A stretch of 64,000 nucleotides of DNA from Chthoniobacterales bacterium (lineage in GTDB: Bacteria > Verrucomicrobiota > Verrucomicrobiia > Chthoniobacterales > DASVRZ01), in NCBI GenBank assembly GCA_036388355.1, contig DASVRZ010000135.1, positions 5,240-69,239 of the forward strand, given 5' to 3'. This document shows, one piece after another, positions 42,918-53,064 of this stretch. Position numbers and translations under genes: made by a program. How positions within the stretch are numbered: position 1 is the first letter of the stretch; the number at the start of each line of letters is the position of its first letter. The notes beneath the pieces were generated by a model that saw nothing but the letters and a program-made list of their open reading frames with translations, did not search any database and was not told the origin of the DNA.

Positions 42918-44423
42918 ATGAAGCTCTTCCTCCGCACATTTTGGCCGTGGTTGGCGGCGATCTTGAGCGGGGTCCTGCTGACGCTTTGTTTCGCGCCGTA
43001 TGAGCAGGATTGGCTAGTCTGGGGCGCGTTGATTCCGTTGCTGGCGGTCGCGTGGTTTGGAAAGTTGCCAGCGTGGAAACGCTTCGTCGCGGGCTGGCTG
43101 GGAGGCGTTTTCTTCTTCTCGATGACCTTCTACTGGCTGGGAAAAGTCACCGTGCTCGGCTGGCTCGGTCTGACCTTTTACCTCGCGATCTATCCCGGCA
43201 TCTGGACGTGGCTTGCCGGATTTCCCGCTTGCCGGATTGCGCTCTCGAAGCCGCTGCCGGGACAATCTCCCTGGTGGCGTTCGGTGCGGAGCATTGTGGT
43301 GGCGGTGACGCTCGCTTCCGCCTGGGCGCTGCTGGAATGGGTGCGCGGCTGGGCCTTCGGTGGCTTTGGCTGGAATGGCCTGGGCGTCGCGCTGTTTGCC
43401 AACATACCGTTTGTGCAGCTCAGCTCCATCGGAGGCGTGCCGTTTATCTCGTGGCTGATCGTTTTCACCAATGCCGTCGCCGTCACGACAGTCGCGCGGC
43501 TGGTGGCGGAAGCGGGGCGGCTGACGTTTGCTTCGCGGTCGGATTTTACCTTCGGCGTCGCGTTGGTTCTGGGGTGTTTTACGTGGGGGCTGAGCCTCTC
43601 TTTCGATCAGAGCCATGACCGGGAAATCAAGGTTTCGCTGGTGCAGGCGGCGAGCGATCAGGAGCCGCTGCGCGACTATCTTCGCCTAACATCGCTAGCC
43701 GTTCTTCAATCGCCAGATCTGGTGGTGTGGCCGGAATCCGCTTCCGGCGCGCCGTTGCTCGATTCGCTGGACGAGTTGAAAAAATGGGCTGTCGAATATG
43801 ATCTGGAGAACTCCAAAACGTGGTTGATCACGGGTAGCCAGGAGAATTCCCCGGATGGTTCCTTTAACAGTGCTTATGCAGTCGCGCCCGGCAGACAGGG
43901 GATGCAAGCCTACCGCAAACGCCACTTGCTGCCCTTCTACGAGAGCGAGTTTGCTCCGGGAAAATCGGCCTCGCCGCTGTGGCTCATCGGCAGCGACACG
44001 CGATTCGGGCCGCTCATTTGCGTCGAGGACACCGTCCCCGCTCTATCGCGCGACAACGTCTCGGCAGGAGCTAACATTCTCCTAAACCTCACGGACGACG
44101 GCCTGTTCCAGGATCGCGTGGTGGAGCGCCAGCATCTTCTCAACGCGCTCTTTCGCGCCCCAGAAACCGGTCTGCCGCTAATCCGCTGTGCCCACACAGG
44201 CGTCACGGCGTTCATCGACCGGCAGGGGCGCATTTCGCAACAACTAGAGCCCGCGATTCCCGGCATTCTCACAGGGAAACTCGCTTTCCGCGCGCAGCCT
44301 CCACGCACCTTCTTTCACCAGTGGGGCTTTGTTTTCCCGATGTTTTGGACGCTGATTGTCGCGTGGCGTTTCCTGGCTGTGCGTTGGTGGGAACGCCGGA
44401 AGTCGGCAGCGACAAATAGCTAG
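42918..44423 (+). CDS. lnt: Apolipoprotein N-acyltransferase
   Basis: Polytopic N-terminus and a CN-hydrolase domain (LVVWPESA, YRKRHLLPF, PLICVEDT). Confidence 0.88.
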   Translation: MKLFLRTFWPWLAAILSGVLLTLCFAPYEQDWLVWGALIPLLAVAWFGKLPAWKRFVAGWLGGVFFFSMTFYWLGKVTVLGWLGLTFYLAIYPGIWTWLAGFPACRIALSKPLPGQSPWWRSVRSIVVAVTLASAWALLEWVRGWAFGGFGWNGLGVALFANIPFVQLSSIGGVPFISWLIVFTNAVAVTTVARLVAEAGRLTFASRSDFTFGVALVLGCFTWGLSLSFDQSHDREIKVSLVQAASDQEPLRDYLRLTSLAVLQSPDLVVWPESASGAPLLDSLDELKKWAVEYDLENSKTWLITGSQENSPDGSFNSAYAVAPGRQGMQAYRKRHLLPFYESEFAPGKSASPLWLIGSDTRFGPLICVEDTVPALSRDNVSAGANILLNLTDDGLFQDRVVERQHLLNALFRAPETGLPLIRCAHTGVTAFIDRQGRISQQLEPAIPGILTGKLAFRAQPPRTFFHQWGFVFPMFWTLIVAWRFLAVRWWERRKSAATNS

Positions 44424-44467
44424 TGCTCCTGCTGCTCCAGCAAGTGTTTTTCGGAAAACCTGCAGTC

Positions 44468-46093
44468 TCAGGCTCCAGCAGCCGGCGCCACGGCCTCCGC
44501 TCGCCGCACGTAGTGCCGCCAGTCGATCTGCGGAAACAAATTATCCCGCTCCTCGCAGAATTGCAGAAACGGCTCTTCGATTTTTCCCGCCAACAATTGC
44601 TTGTAAAGTCGCGTAAACCGCAGCACGTGATCCTTCGTGCGCTTGGTCCCGTATTCCTTCGCGGTGCCGGTTTTCATGAGAAATGCCCAATCGCTGCTCT
44701 GCGCCAGCAGGAGTTCCCGCGCCATCTGACTCAGCACGCGGTGTCGTAACGCATCGGTCTCGCCCGGTTCCGCCGTGGCCACTTCGATCATCCGAGTGGC
44801 CGCCACGTGCAGGTGCGGATAAATCCACGCGTTGCTTTCATCCAGCCACACCTCCCAATAGCCTTTGTGCCCCCAGCTTGAGGCGGATGGCATGATCATT
44901 TGCTGCGTAGGATGACCCTCCAGATACCGGCTCGGCGTCGTCAGCTCGAACACCTGCTGATCACACGCTGCTTTGCGAAGAAAAAGATTGAGAAACTCCG
45001 GTCCCTCGTGCCACCAGTGGCCAAACAGCTCAGCATCAAACGGCGCGACCACGATCGGCTCGATATTCGTGCCCTCCAGCAGCTTCTGAAATTGCGCGAC
45101 CCGATGATTCAGGAAATCGCCCGCATGCGCGTCGGCCGCCGCCATCGCCCAATCACGATGATACAAATCCTTGTGCGGCGTGCGCCCGGTGATCCGGTGA
45201 TACTTAATCCCCGTGGACTTCCGCGCTCCATCCGCTGGCAAATACGGCCGCAAGTAATCCAGCGACAGATCGTGCCCAATGTCCCGATAGAAATCCCGAT
45301 ACGCCGGATCGCCCGGATATCCTTCCTCCGCGCTCCAGACCTGACGCGACGAATCGCGATCCCTCGCCAGCACCGCCGGACCCGACGGCGTGTAACACGG
45401 TGCGTAAATGGCATATCGCGGCCGCGGCTGACCAAACATCAGCCCGTGCGAATCGATCACAAACCAGCGGATATTCGCCTCCTGCAAGACCTCCTCGATG
45501 CCCTGAATATATCCGCATTCCGGCAACCAAATGCCCCTCGGATCGCGCCCGAAACACTCCCTATACGAATCCCGAGCGATGAGAATCTGCGCCCGCACCG
45601 CCTCCGGATACGAGTGCATCAGCGGGAGAAATCCATGCGTCGCCGCGCAGGTGATGATCTCCAGCGAGCCGCGTTCTTGCAGCGCAGCAAATTGACCCAC
45701 CAGATCGCGCTCCCATTTCTCGTAGAGCTCCCGACATTCCACGAAATGGGCGTGATAACGCTTCGCCTGCTCCTGCATGAGCGGTTCGGCAATAGTCCGA
45801 TGCACCTCCTGGCGGGCAAGGCCGATCAGCCGATCCATGTGCCGGAGATAGCGGCGTTGCAGCAAGGGATCGCGCAACATCGCGCAGAGCGTCGGCGTCA
45901 GGGAGAGCGTCATGCGGAAGCGAATGCCATCCGCTTCCAGCCCGTGAAACATCTTCAGCAGGGGCAGATACGTTTCGGTGATCGCCTCGTAAAGCCAGTC
46001 TTCCTCCAGAAAATCCGCGTGCTCCGGGTGCCGCACGAACGGCAGATGCGCATGGAGAATGAGGGCAAGATGTCCTTTGCGGTCAGTAGGCAT
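44468..46093 (-). CDS. GH57-family 1,4-alpha-glucan branching enzyme
   Basis: GHLALILHAHLPFVRHPE, a GH57 catalytic core (WLPECGY), and a DUF1957-like C-terminus. Confidence 0.82.
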   Translation of the reverse strand: MPTDRKGHLALILHAHLPFVRHPEHADFLEEDWLYEAITETYLPLLKMFHGLEADGIRFRMTLSLTPTLCAMLRDPLLQRRYLRHMDRLIGLARQEVHRTIAEPLMQEQAKRYHAHFVECRELYEKWERDLVGQFAALQERGSLEIITCAATHGFLPLMHSYPEAVRAQILIARDSYRECFGRDPRGIWLPECGYIQGIEEVLQEANIRWFVIDSHGLMFGQPRPRYAIYAPCYTPSGPAVLARDRDSSRQVWSAEEGYPGDPAYRDFYRDIGHDLSLDYLRPYLPADGARKSTGIKYHRITGRTPHKDLYHRDWAMAAADAHAGDFLNHRVAQFQKLLEGTNIEPIVVAPFDAELFGHWWHEGPEFLNLFLRKAACDQQVFELTTPSRYLEGHPTQQMIMPSASSWGHKGYWEVWLDESNAWIYPHLHVAATRMIEVATAEPGETDALRHRVLSQMARELLLAQSSDWAFLMKTGTAKEYGTKRTKDHVLRFTRLYKQLLAGKIEEPFLQFCEERDNLFPQIDWRHYVRRAEAVAPAAGA

Positions 46094-46398
46094 ACGGCAG
46101 GCACACCACTAAACCGAAAATAGGGAATCGCGAAACCCGGAAATGGCCCTGAGTGGAATTGTTACAAAGCGCACGCCATAGCTTTCGGCTGGCCCGCGCG
46201 TCCTGCGCGTTTCTTTCGTCTGGGCGGCTGGAAAACTCCGCATGACAATCCCCTCCCTCGACGAATATTCCTCGGACTTGATCAAACGCGGGGAGAGAAT
46301 CTTCCTCACGTGCACGAATTGGCGAGTTGGGATCAATGAACGCCGCGCGGCGGGCACTCAATGGTTTACGCCGATCTGAATCCGTTTTAGAAAGGCAG

Positions 46399-46755
46399 AT
46401 GCAAAAACTCCTCTGCGCCCTCGCGATGACTCTCACAGCCCTTTACCCAGCAGCCGCCGAGCTGCCGACGGGGAGTGATCCACTGCTGCAGTGCCACAAA
46501 TTGCACTCCGACGGCGTGGGCTTGGTCGTTCGGGCGGGCGCTTCTTCAAAGTCGCGCAAACTGGGCACGCTCGAGGCGGGGCAGAAGGTGAAGCTCGATG
46601 GAGAGGTGCTTCCTGACACCGGAGCTGTTTACCCGATCATCAAGACTGACTCAGACGGAGGATACTGGATCAAGATTAAAGGCCCGAAAGTCGGCTACGT
46701 CCTCTTCGCTTCAAAGGATGACGAGGAGTTTCGTTACCTTATCCCCTGCGAGTAA
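46399..46755 (+). CDS. Secreted bacterial SH3-domain protein
   Basis: Signal peptide MQKLLCALAMTLTALYPAAA, then an SH3b pattern: LVVRAGASSKSRKLGTLEAGQKVKL...GYWIKIKGPKVGYV. Confidence 0.65.
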   Translation: MQKLLCALAMTLTALYPAAAELPTGSDPLLQCHKLHSDGVGLVVRAGASSKSRKLGTLEAGQKVKLDGEVLPDTGAVYPIIKTDSDGGYWIKIKGPKVGYVLFASKDDEEFRYLIPCE

Positions 46756-47015
46756 GGAAGGTGAGTCGCGGTTCGGTTTCTGTAGGTGCGAATGGAGCGG
46801 TGGTGATGTGAGTAGTGGTTTTCCTGCACCCTCACGGCAGCAACTTCTTTCTTCACTTCTGCGTCCGAACGTTTGGAAGAAGTCGCAATCATCTGCTTAC
46901 AAGAAGGCTCAATAGCTCGGGAGTTTCGATCTATTTTCCTTTCCGTTCGCTTCAAACTCACGCACCTGTTTTTTCTTCGTAGCTTCGGCACCGATTTGAT
47001 TAAAATACAGCCTCC

Positions 47016-48002
47016 ATGTCCTTCACACCCGCCGAAGCTCTCGATCTGCTGACCCGCGCCCAAGCGGATTCGCGCCTCGGCCATGCGTATCTCATCACCG
47101 GCGCGACCGGGAGCGGGAAACGCCAGCTCGCGACGGATATATTTCGGCTGATCAACGGGCTGCCCGAGGCGGATGGCGACGTTATTTCTTCGCATCCCGA
47201 CGGTTACACCGTGGAGCCGGAATCGAAGTCGCGTCGAATTGTCATTGAGCAAATCCGCGAGCTTGAACGGGCGTTGCACATGAAGTCGTCGCAATCGTCC
47301 AAGAAGCTGGGCGTCATCATAGAGGCCGACCGGCTCCAGCCGCAGGCGTCGAACGCCTTTCTGAAAACGCTCGAAGAGCCGCCTTCGAATTCGATGTTGC
47401 TCCTGTTGACCTCCGCCCCGGAGATGTTGCTGGATACGATTCTTTCCCGCTGCCTCATCCTGCAACTGCGCCCTCCCGCCGAGGTGGTCCGCAGCGAATG
47501 GGAGGTGCGGCTGCTCACCGCGTTGAGCGAGTATTTTGCCCAACCCATCTCGGCCAGCGGCGAACGTGAAATCCCGCAGATCTTCGGGCTGGTGCGCGAT
47601 TTTCAAGACATCCTGAACGACTGCAAAGACGCCATCGGCGCGGAAAACAAAGCGGAACTCAAAGCCGAGGAGAAACTCGTCAAGGGCGTCGTGGAAGCGC
47701 GGTATCTGGAAAAGCTCGAGGAACAATACGAGGCGATCGGTGCCGCCCGTAGTCAGCGGGAACGGACGAATCTAATCGAACTCCTCACTACGTGGTGGAC
47801 CGACGTATCGCGTCAACGCGCCGGCGCTCCGCACTTAGACTTGCCGCATTATGCCGCGCAAACCGCATGGCTGGCGCAGCAGGAAGACGTCCTGGCCACT
47901 CTGGAACGCCTCGAAGCGCTCGAAGAACTCAAGACGCACCTAGCTCAAAACATCAACGAGCCACTCGCCCTCGAGGCTGCATTCCTCAAAGCCTTCGCCT
48001 GA
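47016..48002 (+). CDS. holB: DNA polymerase III delta' subunit
   Basis: LGHAYLITGATGSGKRQLA and NAFLKTLEEPP motifs. Confidence 0.88.
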   Translation: MSFTPAEALDLLTRAQADSRLGHAYLITGATGSGKRQLATDIFRLINGLPEADGDVISSHPDGYTVEPESKSRRIVIEQIRELERALHMKSSQSSKKLGVIIEADRLQPQASNAFLKTLEEPPSNSMLLLLTSAPEMLLDTILSRCLILQLRPPAEVVRSEWEVRLLTALSEYFAQPISASGEREIPQIFGLVRDFQDILNDCKDAIGAENKAELKAEEKLVKGVVEARYLEKLEEQYEAIGAARSQRERTNLIELLTTWWTDVSRQRAGAPHLDLPHYAAQTAWLAQQEDVLATLERLEALEELKTHLAQNINEPLALEAAFLKAFA

Positions 48003-48345
48003 TCGCTGCACGGCGGCCTGGAAAGAAAGGCCACCGTCTGGAGGACGGACGGGGAGAGATGTTCCGAACCTCTTCATCCGAACCCAGAGAAAAATCATTT
48101 TGTGTCCAGTCGACTTGACCATAATTCCCGTCCAGCAAACCCCGAAGAGAAAGGTCTTCATCAAGCGCTGGCCAGTGCAAACCGAGAGGGGAAATGTCGA
48201 TCTGGTTTAGCTCCGCAGCCGTGCCTTTTGCCAGGCGAGGATTTGCTACAACCGGGAAGCGAACTTCGAGCCCACTTTCCATGCGGACTATAATTTGCCC
48301 GCCAGAGTAGGAGGCTGCTTGTGCTCGATCAACCAAGGTGCTCAT
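47986..48345 (-). CDS. DUF2442 domain protein
   Basis: IIVRMESGLEVRFPVVANPRLAKGTAAELNQIDISPLGLHWPALDEDLSLRGLL is the DUF2442 pattern. The start is taken at the ATG at 48345. The 3' end overlaps the holB 3' end by 17 nt (convergent). Confidence 0.7.
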   Translation of the reverse strand: MSTLVDRAQAASYSGGQIIVRMESGLEVRFPVVANPRLAKGTAAELNQIDISPLGLHWPALDEDLSLRGLLDGNYGQVDWTQNDFSLGSDEEVRNISPRPSSRRWPFFPGRRAAIRRRL

Positions 48346-48562
48346 GCCAGAATCTGATGATACGCCTGCGATTTTCTTCTGCAAGCTCTCTGGCTCTCGC
48401 CAGTTCCCTCGGCTTGAACCCATGGGATTCCCGAACATCCACTTCATCTTCCACGTTGAAGATCGCTTCCCCGTTACCTTTCCTCACGTGGACGTGGATG
48501 GGGCGATGATCGTTACTGTAGAAGAAAAAGCGAAAGCCTTCCTTCTCGAAAATCTGAGGCAT
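48329..48562 (-). CDS. DUF4160 domain protein (77 aa)
   Basis: MPQIFEKEGFRFFFYSNDHRPIHVHVRKGNGEAIF is the DUF4160 signature (F.FY..DH.P.HVHV). Overlaps the downstream DUF2442 gene by 17 nt. Confidence 0.75.
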   Translation of the reverse strand: MPQIFEKEGFRFFFYSNDHRPIHVHVRKGNGEAIFNVEDEVDVRESHGFKPRELARARELAEENRRRIIRFWHEHLG

Positions 48563-48662
48563 GGTGGATGAAAGCGGTTTTGAGGTCGTAAAGGAAGTCT
48601 GCAGCACCCTGCGCGGAAACCTTGCAAGTTCCTCCGCGCCAGCTAGATTCACGCCCCATTTT

Positions 48663-49664
48663 ATGAGCAAGCAATATCATGTAGCCATTGTTGGCGCGAC
48701 TGGAGCCGTCGGGGTCGAAATGATCCGTGTGCTGGAGCGTCGTCAATTTCCCGTCGGAAAACTCACGCTCCTCGCCTCGGCCCGTTCGGCAGGCAAGACG
48801 CTGGAATTCAAAGGCGAGCCTATCGTGGTGCAGGAGCTCACCGAGGCGTCTTTTGCCGGTGTGGATATTGCCCTCTTTTCCGCAGGCGGCGGCATCTCGA
48901 AACAATACGCGCCGCACGCGGTCGCGGCCGACGCGGTGGTGGTGGATAATTCCTCCGCCTTCCGCATGGACCCTAACGTGCCGCTCGTCATTCCAGAAAT
49001 CAACGGAGCCGACGCGCTGCAACATCGCGGGATTATCGCGAATCCGAACTGCACCACCGCGGTCACGCTCATGGCGCTGCACCCGCTGCACGAGGCATTT
49101 GGCGTCACGCGCGTGTGGGCTTCCAGCTATCAAGCCGTCTCCGGCACGGGCGCGGCCGCAATCGTCGAACTCGAGGAGCAGGTGAAAGCCATCGTCGGCG
49201 GAACCGAAGTGCCCCGCTCGGTGTATCCGTATCAAATCGCTTTCAACGCGTTGCCGCAGGTCGATTCGTTCCTCGACGACGGCTACACGAAAGAGGAAAT
49301 GAAGATGCAATACGAAGGCCGGCGCATTTTGCATCACCCGAATTTCCGGGCCTCCGTTACCTGCGTGCGCATTCCCGTTTACCGGGCGCACTCGGTGGCG
49401 ATTAGCGCAGAATTTGAGCGTCCAGTTTCCTTGGAAAAAGCGCGGCAAGCCTTGAGCCAGGCTCCTGGTTTGAAAGTGACCGACGATCCCGCAACGCAGA
49501 AATACCCGATGCCGATCTTCACTGCCGGTCAGGACGATTGCGAAGTCGGACGTCTGCGCGTGGATTGCGCCCTGGACAACGGCCTAACCTTCTGGGTCAG
49601 CGGCGATCAGATCCTAAAAGGAGCCGCGCTCAACGCGGTGCAAATCGCCGAGCTGCTGCTTTAG
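48663..49664 (+). CDS. asd: Aspartate-semialdehyde dehydrogenase
   Basis: VAIVGATGAVG, the active-site motif IANPNCTT, and SGDQILKGAALNAVQIAE. Start set at MSKQYH. Confidence 0.93.
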   Translation: MSKQYHVAIVGATGAVGVEMIRVLERRQFPVGKLTLLASARSAGKTLEFKGEPIVVQELTEASFAGVDIALFSAGGGISKQYAPHAVAADAVVVDNSSAFRMDPNVPLVIPEINGADALQHRGIIANPNCTTAVTLMALHPLHEAFGVTRVWASSYQAVSGTGAAAIVELEEQVKAIVGGTEVPRSVYPYQIAFNALPQVDSFLDDGYTKEEMKMQYEGRRILHHPNFRASVTCVRIPVYRAHSVAISAEFERPVSLEKARQALSQAPGLKVTDDPATQKYPMPIFTAGQDDCEVGRLRVDCALDNGLTFWVSGDQILKGAALNAVQIAELLL

Positions 49665-49673
49665 AGCGTTTGG

Positions 49674-52286
49674 TTAGCTCCACCAGACGACCGCGAAGTT
49701 GTAGGTCATGTGGAGGAGCACACAAGGAGCGAGGCGTCCGGTCTTTTTGAACAAAAGCGCACAGAGCACCCCGAGCAGGCCCACTGGCAACCACGAGAGT
49801 ACGGGATGGTAGATGGCGAAAAATGCCGCACTACCAAGGATGGCTTTCCAGCCACCCCACTCGCGATCCAATGCGCGAAAGAGCAGCCCACGAAATAGGT
49901 ATTCCTCTGCCAACGGTGCGAAAGCTACCGCCATAATTCCGTAGAACAATTTGTAGTTGGGGATTTTCGCCGCGATTCCTTTCGACTGTTGGATGATCTC
50001 CTCTGCCATGGGAAGTCGGCTCATGGCCTCTAAATAGCCGAACGCGCCAAGACCCAGCAGAAGTCCGCTGCCTAATCCTAGACAAAGAGCCAGCGCGAAG
50101 TGGACGTCCCGTTTACCGTCGCCGCACCAGTAGAGTTTTTTCTGATCGTGCAGATGGCTGGGGATTTTCCAACACCAGACGGCTTCCATCTTCACTCCAC
50201 GGTTGCGGAGAAAAATGGCCGTTCCCACGGAGACGCCGATGGCGCAGAGGCCGTAGCCAAAAGTCTGAGCGACGGCAAAGTTTTCCTTTCCTAGGAATAA
50301 CACCGCGACGCCAACGAGCACCGCCCCCACTTCCACCAGTAGGCTGATCGCGATCATGGCATTCATCAACGTGGGCGGCGGGGGCACTTTCTCCGACCAT
50401 GGGTCGTAGAGGTAGGGGAGCCGGGCGCGGAAGTTTTCCCACATCGCTGCGGCGGTAATCGTGGAATAAACGATGCCAACGACGGCGAGATTCCACTGCT
50501 GAGAGAAGATCCCGATCGCAAACGTCAGCATGCCCAGCGAAGCGGCCCAGCGGCGAGCGGCGGGTACTTTTTCCGGTTCTCCAGAAGACGAGGTGACGCT
50601 CACCAAGGTGACGCTTTTCTCCGCCATGCTTCGGGAAAAAAAGAACCAACCGACGCCGACAAGGGCGATTTTCCACGCATCAGCCGGAAAACGAAAAGCG
50701 GCAAACGCCAGCACCAAACCAACAATGCCCGTCGAGATCATCGACCAGAGCCACGCTTTGGCTTTGAGGAGGCTTTCCAACCCGCGCGGCCAGGTCAGTG
50801 GAATCCAAAGAGCCGCACCCTCCGAAGCAAGCGACTTGGGGCCGAGGATCCAGAGAAAATACGTCCCGACCAGGATGGCCACGCCGCAGAGATAGTTCCA
50901 TGCGCCGGCGGAGGCTTGAAGCACACCACGGAGGTTAAAGATTTGGAAGCCCGCGATCGTGAGCGGAATGAGAATGGTCTGCACGATGGCGCTGCGATCG
51001 CGGATGAACCAAAGGAACTCCTTGCGATAAAGCGGCTCGCGCCCGAAGCGAATCCGCGTGTCTTTCACCTTCGCAGGCAGGGAATCCGTTTTTCCTCCCA
51101 GCCCCTGCCGAAGACCCCACAGAGTAATGCCAACCGCTGAGCAGGTCACCACCACCGAGAAAAACAATCCATCGAACATACCCAGCGGGAGGGAAAAAGT
51201 GCCGCCGATTTGCCCGAGAAACCAACCCAGCCAAGGCCACGGCAATCCTGCCAGGGGCGCTAAAACTCTTCCTAGCGCCTCCATCACTTGCGACATCCCG
51301 GACGCCGAGAGGAGAAACAACATCATCAAGGCGTAGCCCAGCCAGCTGATAATCCCGATGACGGCGCCTTTGGTGCGTTGGGAAAGCCGCAGGATAACCA
51401 TCGTCTCCAGGGCCTTGCCCAGGCAGGCCGCAGAGATGGCCACAGGAATCCCAACAAGCACGGCGAGAAAAGCTCCCGTCATCGGGCCGTGGATAAATCC
51501 GTAAAGAACCCCTACGAAGACGGGGGCGGTGAGGTAAACCGGATTCGCGGCAACCGGCGATAACATTTCCGCCAGGAAGACGGCGCCGGGTCGCACTGGA
51601 TGACTTAAAAGCCATTCCCACATCGGATGACGGCGACGCTGAAGATCGAGTTCCAGCCCTTCCCCCTGACAAACGAGCATCACAAACCAAAGCAGCAGGA
51701 CCATAGAGCCGAGGAGGGCGGACAATTCCCCGGCTGGGATTGAGTGATAAAAACCAGTCTTAATGTCGGACTCCGGAACGAGATTTTTACGCCCGTAAAC
51801 CGCCACTGTATCGCGGAGACGTTTCTCTATCTCTTTCTTCGAGCCACCTCTTTCCAACTGGATCATGACCGCTTCATTGGAGAAAGAGGGCTCATGTTCT
51901 CGAACCTTCCCCTTGTTCTCAAAGAGCTCGACGGCCCCCAAAAAGCTCCGGCTGACGATCATTTTGCCTTCCCGCTCCACCTCCAACCGTTGTCCCGTCG
52001 TTACGGCCTCGCTCACCATGAACGCGGCGATAATATGCAACACCGACATTAAGACGAACGCGGCAACCATGGCCAATCGAGACCAGTCCGTCCCCTTCTT
52101 TTGAGTACGGTGTTGCAGCAATTCCTGCTGCCGCTTGCGACGTCCTTTCGCTCGTATTCGGCTCGCGGACAGCAGCAAACGCACTGTTAGCCAGAAGCCG
52201 GGTGAACTCAATTCCCGCCCTCCGGTTGGGCGGGACGGCTGGTCAGTTCCAGAAAGATGCTTTCCAAAGTGGCCTCTGCTCCACAA
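49674..52286 (-). CDS. Fusion: putative ABC-exporter permease (polytopic, about 600 aa) + C-terminal CPBP/Abi intramembrane glutamic protease
   Basis: More than 12 predicted TM helices. The C-terminal CPBP motifs are all present: EEYLFRG (EExxxR), FFAIYH (FxxxH) and HMTYN (HxxxN). The start is uncertain, since the ATG at 52286 overlaps the ATPase gene by 79 nt. Confidence 0.75.
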   Translation of the reverse strand: MWSRGHFGKHLSGTDQPSRPTGGRELSSPGFWLTVRLLLSASRIRAKGRRKRQQELLQHRTQKKGTDWSRLAMVAAFVLMSVLHIIAAFMVSEAVTTGQRLEVEREGKMIVSRSFLGAVELFENKGKVREHEPSFSNEAVMIQLERGGSKKEIEKRLRDTVAVYGRKNLVPESDIKTGFYHSIPAGELSALLGSMVLLLWFVMLVCQGEGLELDLQRRRHPMWEWLLSHPVRPGAVFLAEMLSPVAANPVYLTAPVFVGVLYGFIHGPMTGAFLAVLVGIPVAISAACLGKALETMVILRLSQRTKGAVIGIISWLGYALMMLFLLSASGMSQVMEALGRVLAPLAGLPWPWLGWFLGQIGGTFSLPLGMFDGLFFSVVVTCSAVGITLWGLRQGLGGKTDSLPAKVKDTRIRFGREPLYRKEFLWFIRDRSAIVQTILIPLTIAGFQIFNLRGVLQASAGAWNYLCGVAILVGTYFLWILGPKSLASEGAALWIPLTWPRGLESLLKAKAWLWSMISTGIVGLVLAFAAFRFPADAWKIALVGVGWFFFSRSMAEKSVTLVSVTSSSGEPEKVPAARRWAASLGMLTFAIGIFSQQWNLAVVGIVYSTITAAAMWENFRARLPYLYDPWSEKVPPPPTLMNAMIAISLLVEVGAVLVGVAVLFLGKENFAVAQTFGYGLCAIGVSVGTAIFLRNRGVKMEAVWCWKIPSHLHDQKKLYWCGDGKRDVHFALALCLGLGSGLLLGLGAFGYLEAMSRLPMAEEIIQQSKGIAAKIPNYKLFYGIMAVAFAPLAEEYLFRGLLFRALDREWGGWKAILGSAAFFAIYHPVLSWLPVGLLGVLCALLFKKTGRLAPCVLLHMTYNFAVVWWS

Positions 52287-52969
52287 CCTGCGCTCAACTC
52301 AGCCAGCGACCCTTGGGCAACCACACTTCCTTCGTTTATAATAATCGCGTGCGAACAGAGCTTGGTCACATGATCCATGAGGTGCGTGGAAAATAAGATC
52401 GTCTTACCCTCCTTCGCTTGTTGCTCGATCAGCCCGTAAAAAAGGTGGGTGGATTCCACATCCAGCCCGTTCGTCGGCTCATCGAGAATTAATAATTGGG
52501 GCCCGTGCAACATCGCCAGCAGCAGCCCAAGTTTCTTCTTCATCCCTCGCGAATAATCCTCGGCGTAATGATGAATATCGTCCGCCAGCCGAAGCTGCGC
52601 GATGGTGGGTGCCAACCGGTCCAGAGTCTGGGCGACATCAAGACCATGCATCGCGGCACTGAGTTCGAGGACTTCTCGACCCGAGAGATAGGAATAAAAT
52701 ACCGGCTCGTCGGGAAGAAATCCGATCAGTCGTTTCATCTCCACGCGATCCTCAAAAACATCGCGACCCGCTACTGTGATGGCTCCGTCAGTGGCTTTTA
52801 AAATGCCCATCAGAAGACGAAAAAGAGTCGTCTTGCCTGCTCCGTTTGGGCCGAGCAGTCCGCAAATTTGTCCGCTCGGAACAGAGAACGAAATATCCCT
52901 GAGCGCCACTATGTCGCCGAAGGACTTCGTGACGCGGTCGACGAGCACCAATGCGGAATCGGGAGGCAT
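52208..52969 (-). CDS. ABC transporter ATP-binding protein (ABC-2/NatA-like)
   Basis: Walker A GPNGAGKTT, signature YSRGMKKKLGL, Walker B LLILDEPTNGLD, and an H-loop (STH). Confidence 0.9.
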   Translation of the reverse strand: MPPDSALVLVDRVTKSFGDIVALRDISFSVPSGQICGLLGPNGAGKTTLFRLLMGILKATDGAITVAGRDVFEDRVEMKRLIGFLPDEPVFYSYLSGREVLELSAAMHGLDVAQTLDRLAPTIAQLRLADDIHHYAEDYSRGMKKKLGLLLAMLHGPQLLILDEPTNGLDVESTHLFYGLIEQQAKEGKTILFSTHLMDHVTKLCSHAIIINEGSVVAQGSLAELSAGCGAEATLESIFLELTSRPAQPEGGN

Positions 52970-53064
52970 GGCCAGAGAGTAACTATTCGCTCGATGATTT
53001 GTCGCGTTGAATTCATTTCAAAAAGGCTTCTTGTCCTGAGGTCTGGGAGGTTAACTTTTGAAGG

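Noticed and set aside
44428-44455. A weak hairpin plus T5 run (CTGCTG-CTC-CAGCAAG then GTTTTT) just after the lnt stop, considered as an intrinsic terminator.
   Set aside because: The stem is only 5 bp, with a mismatch when extended. This is not strong enough to annotate without an energy calculation or Term-seq.
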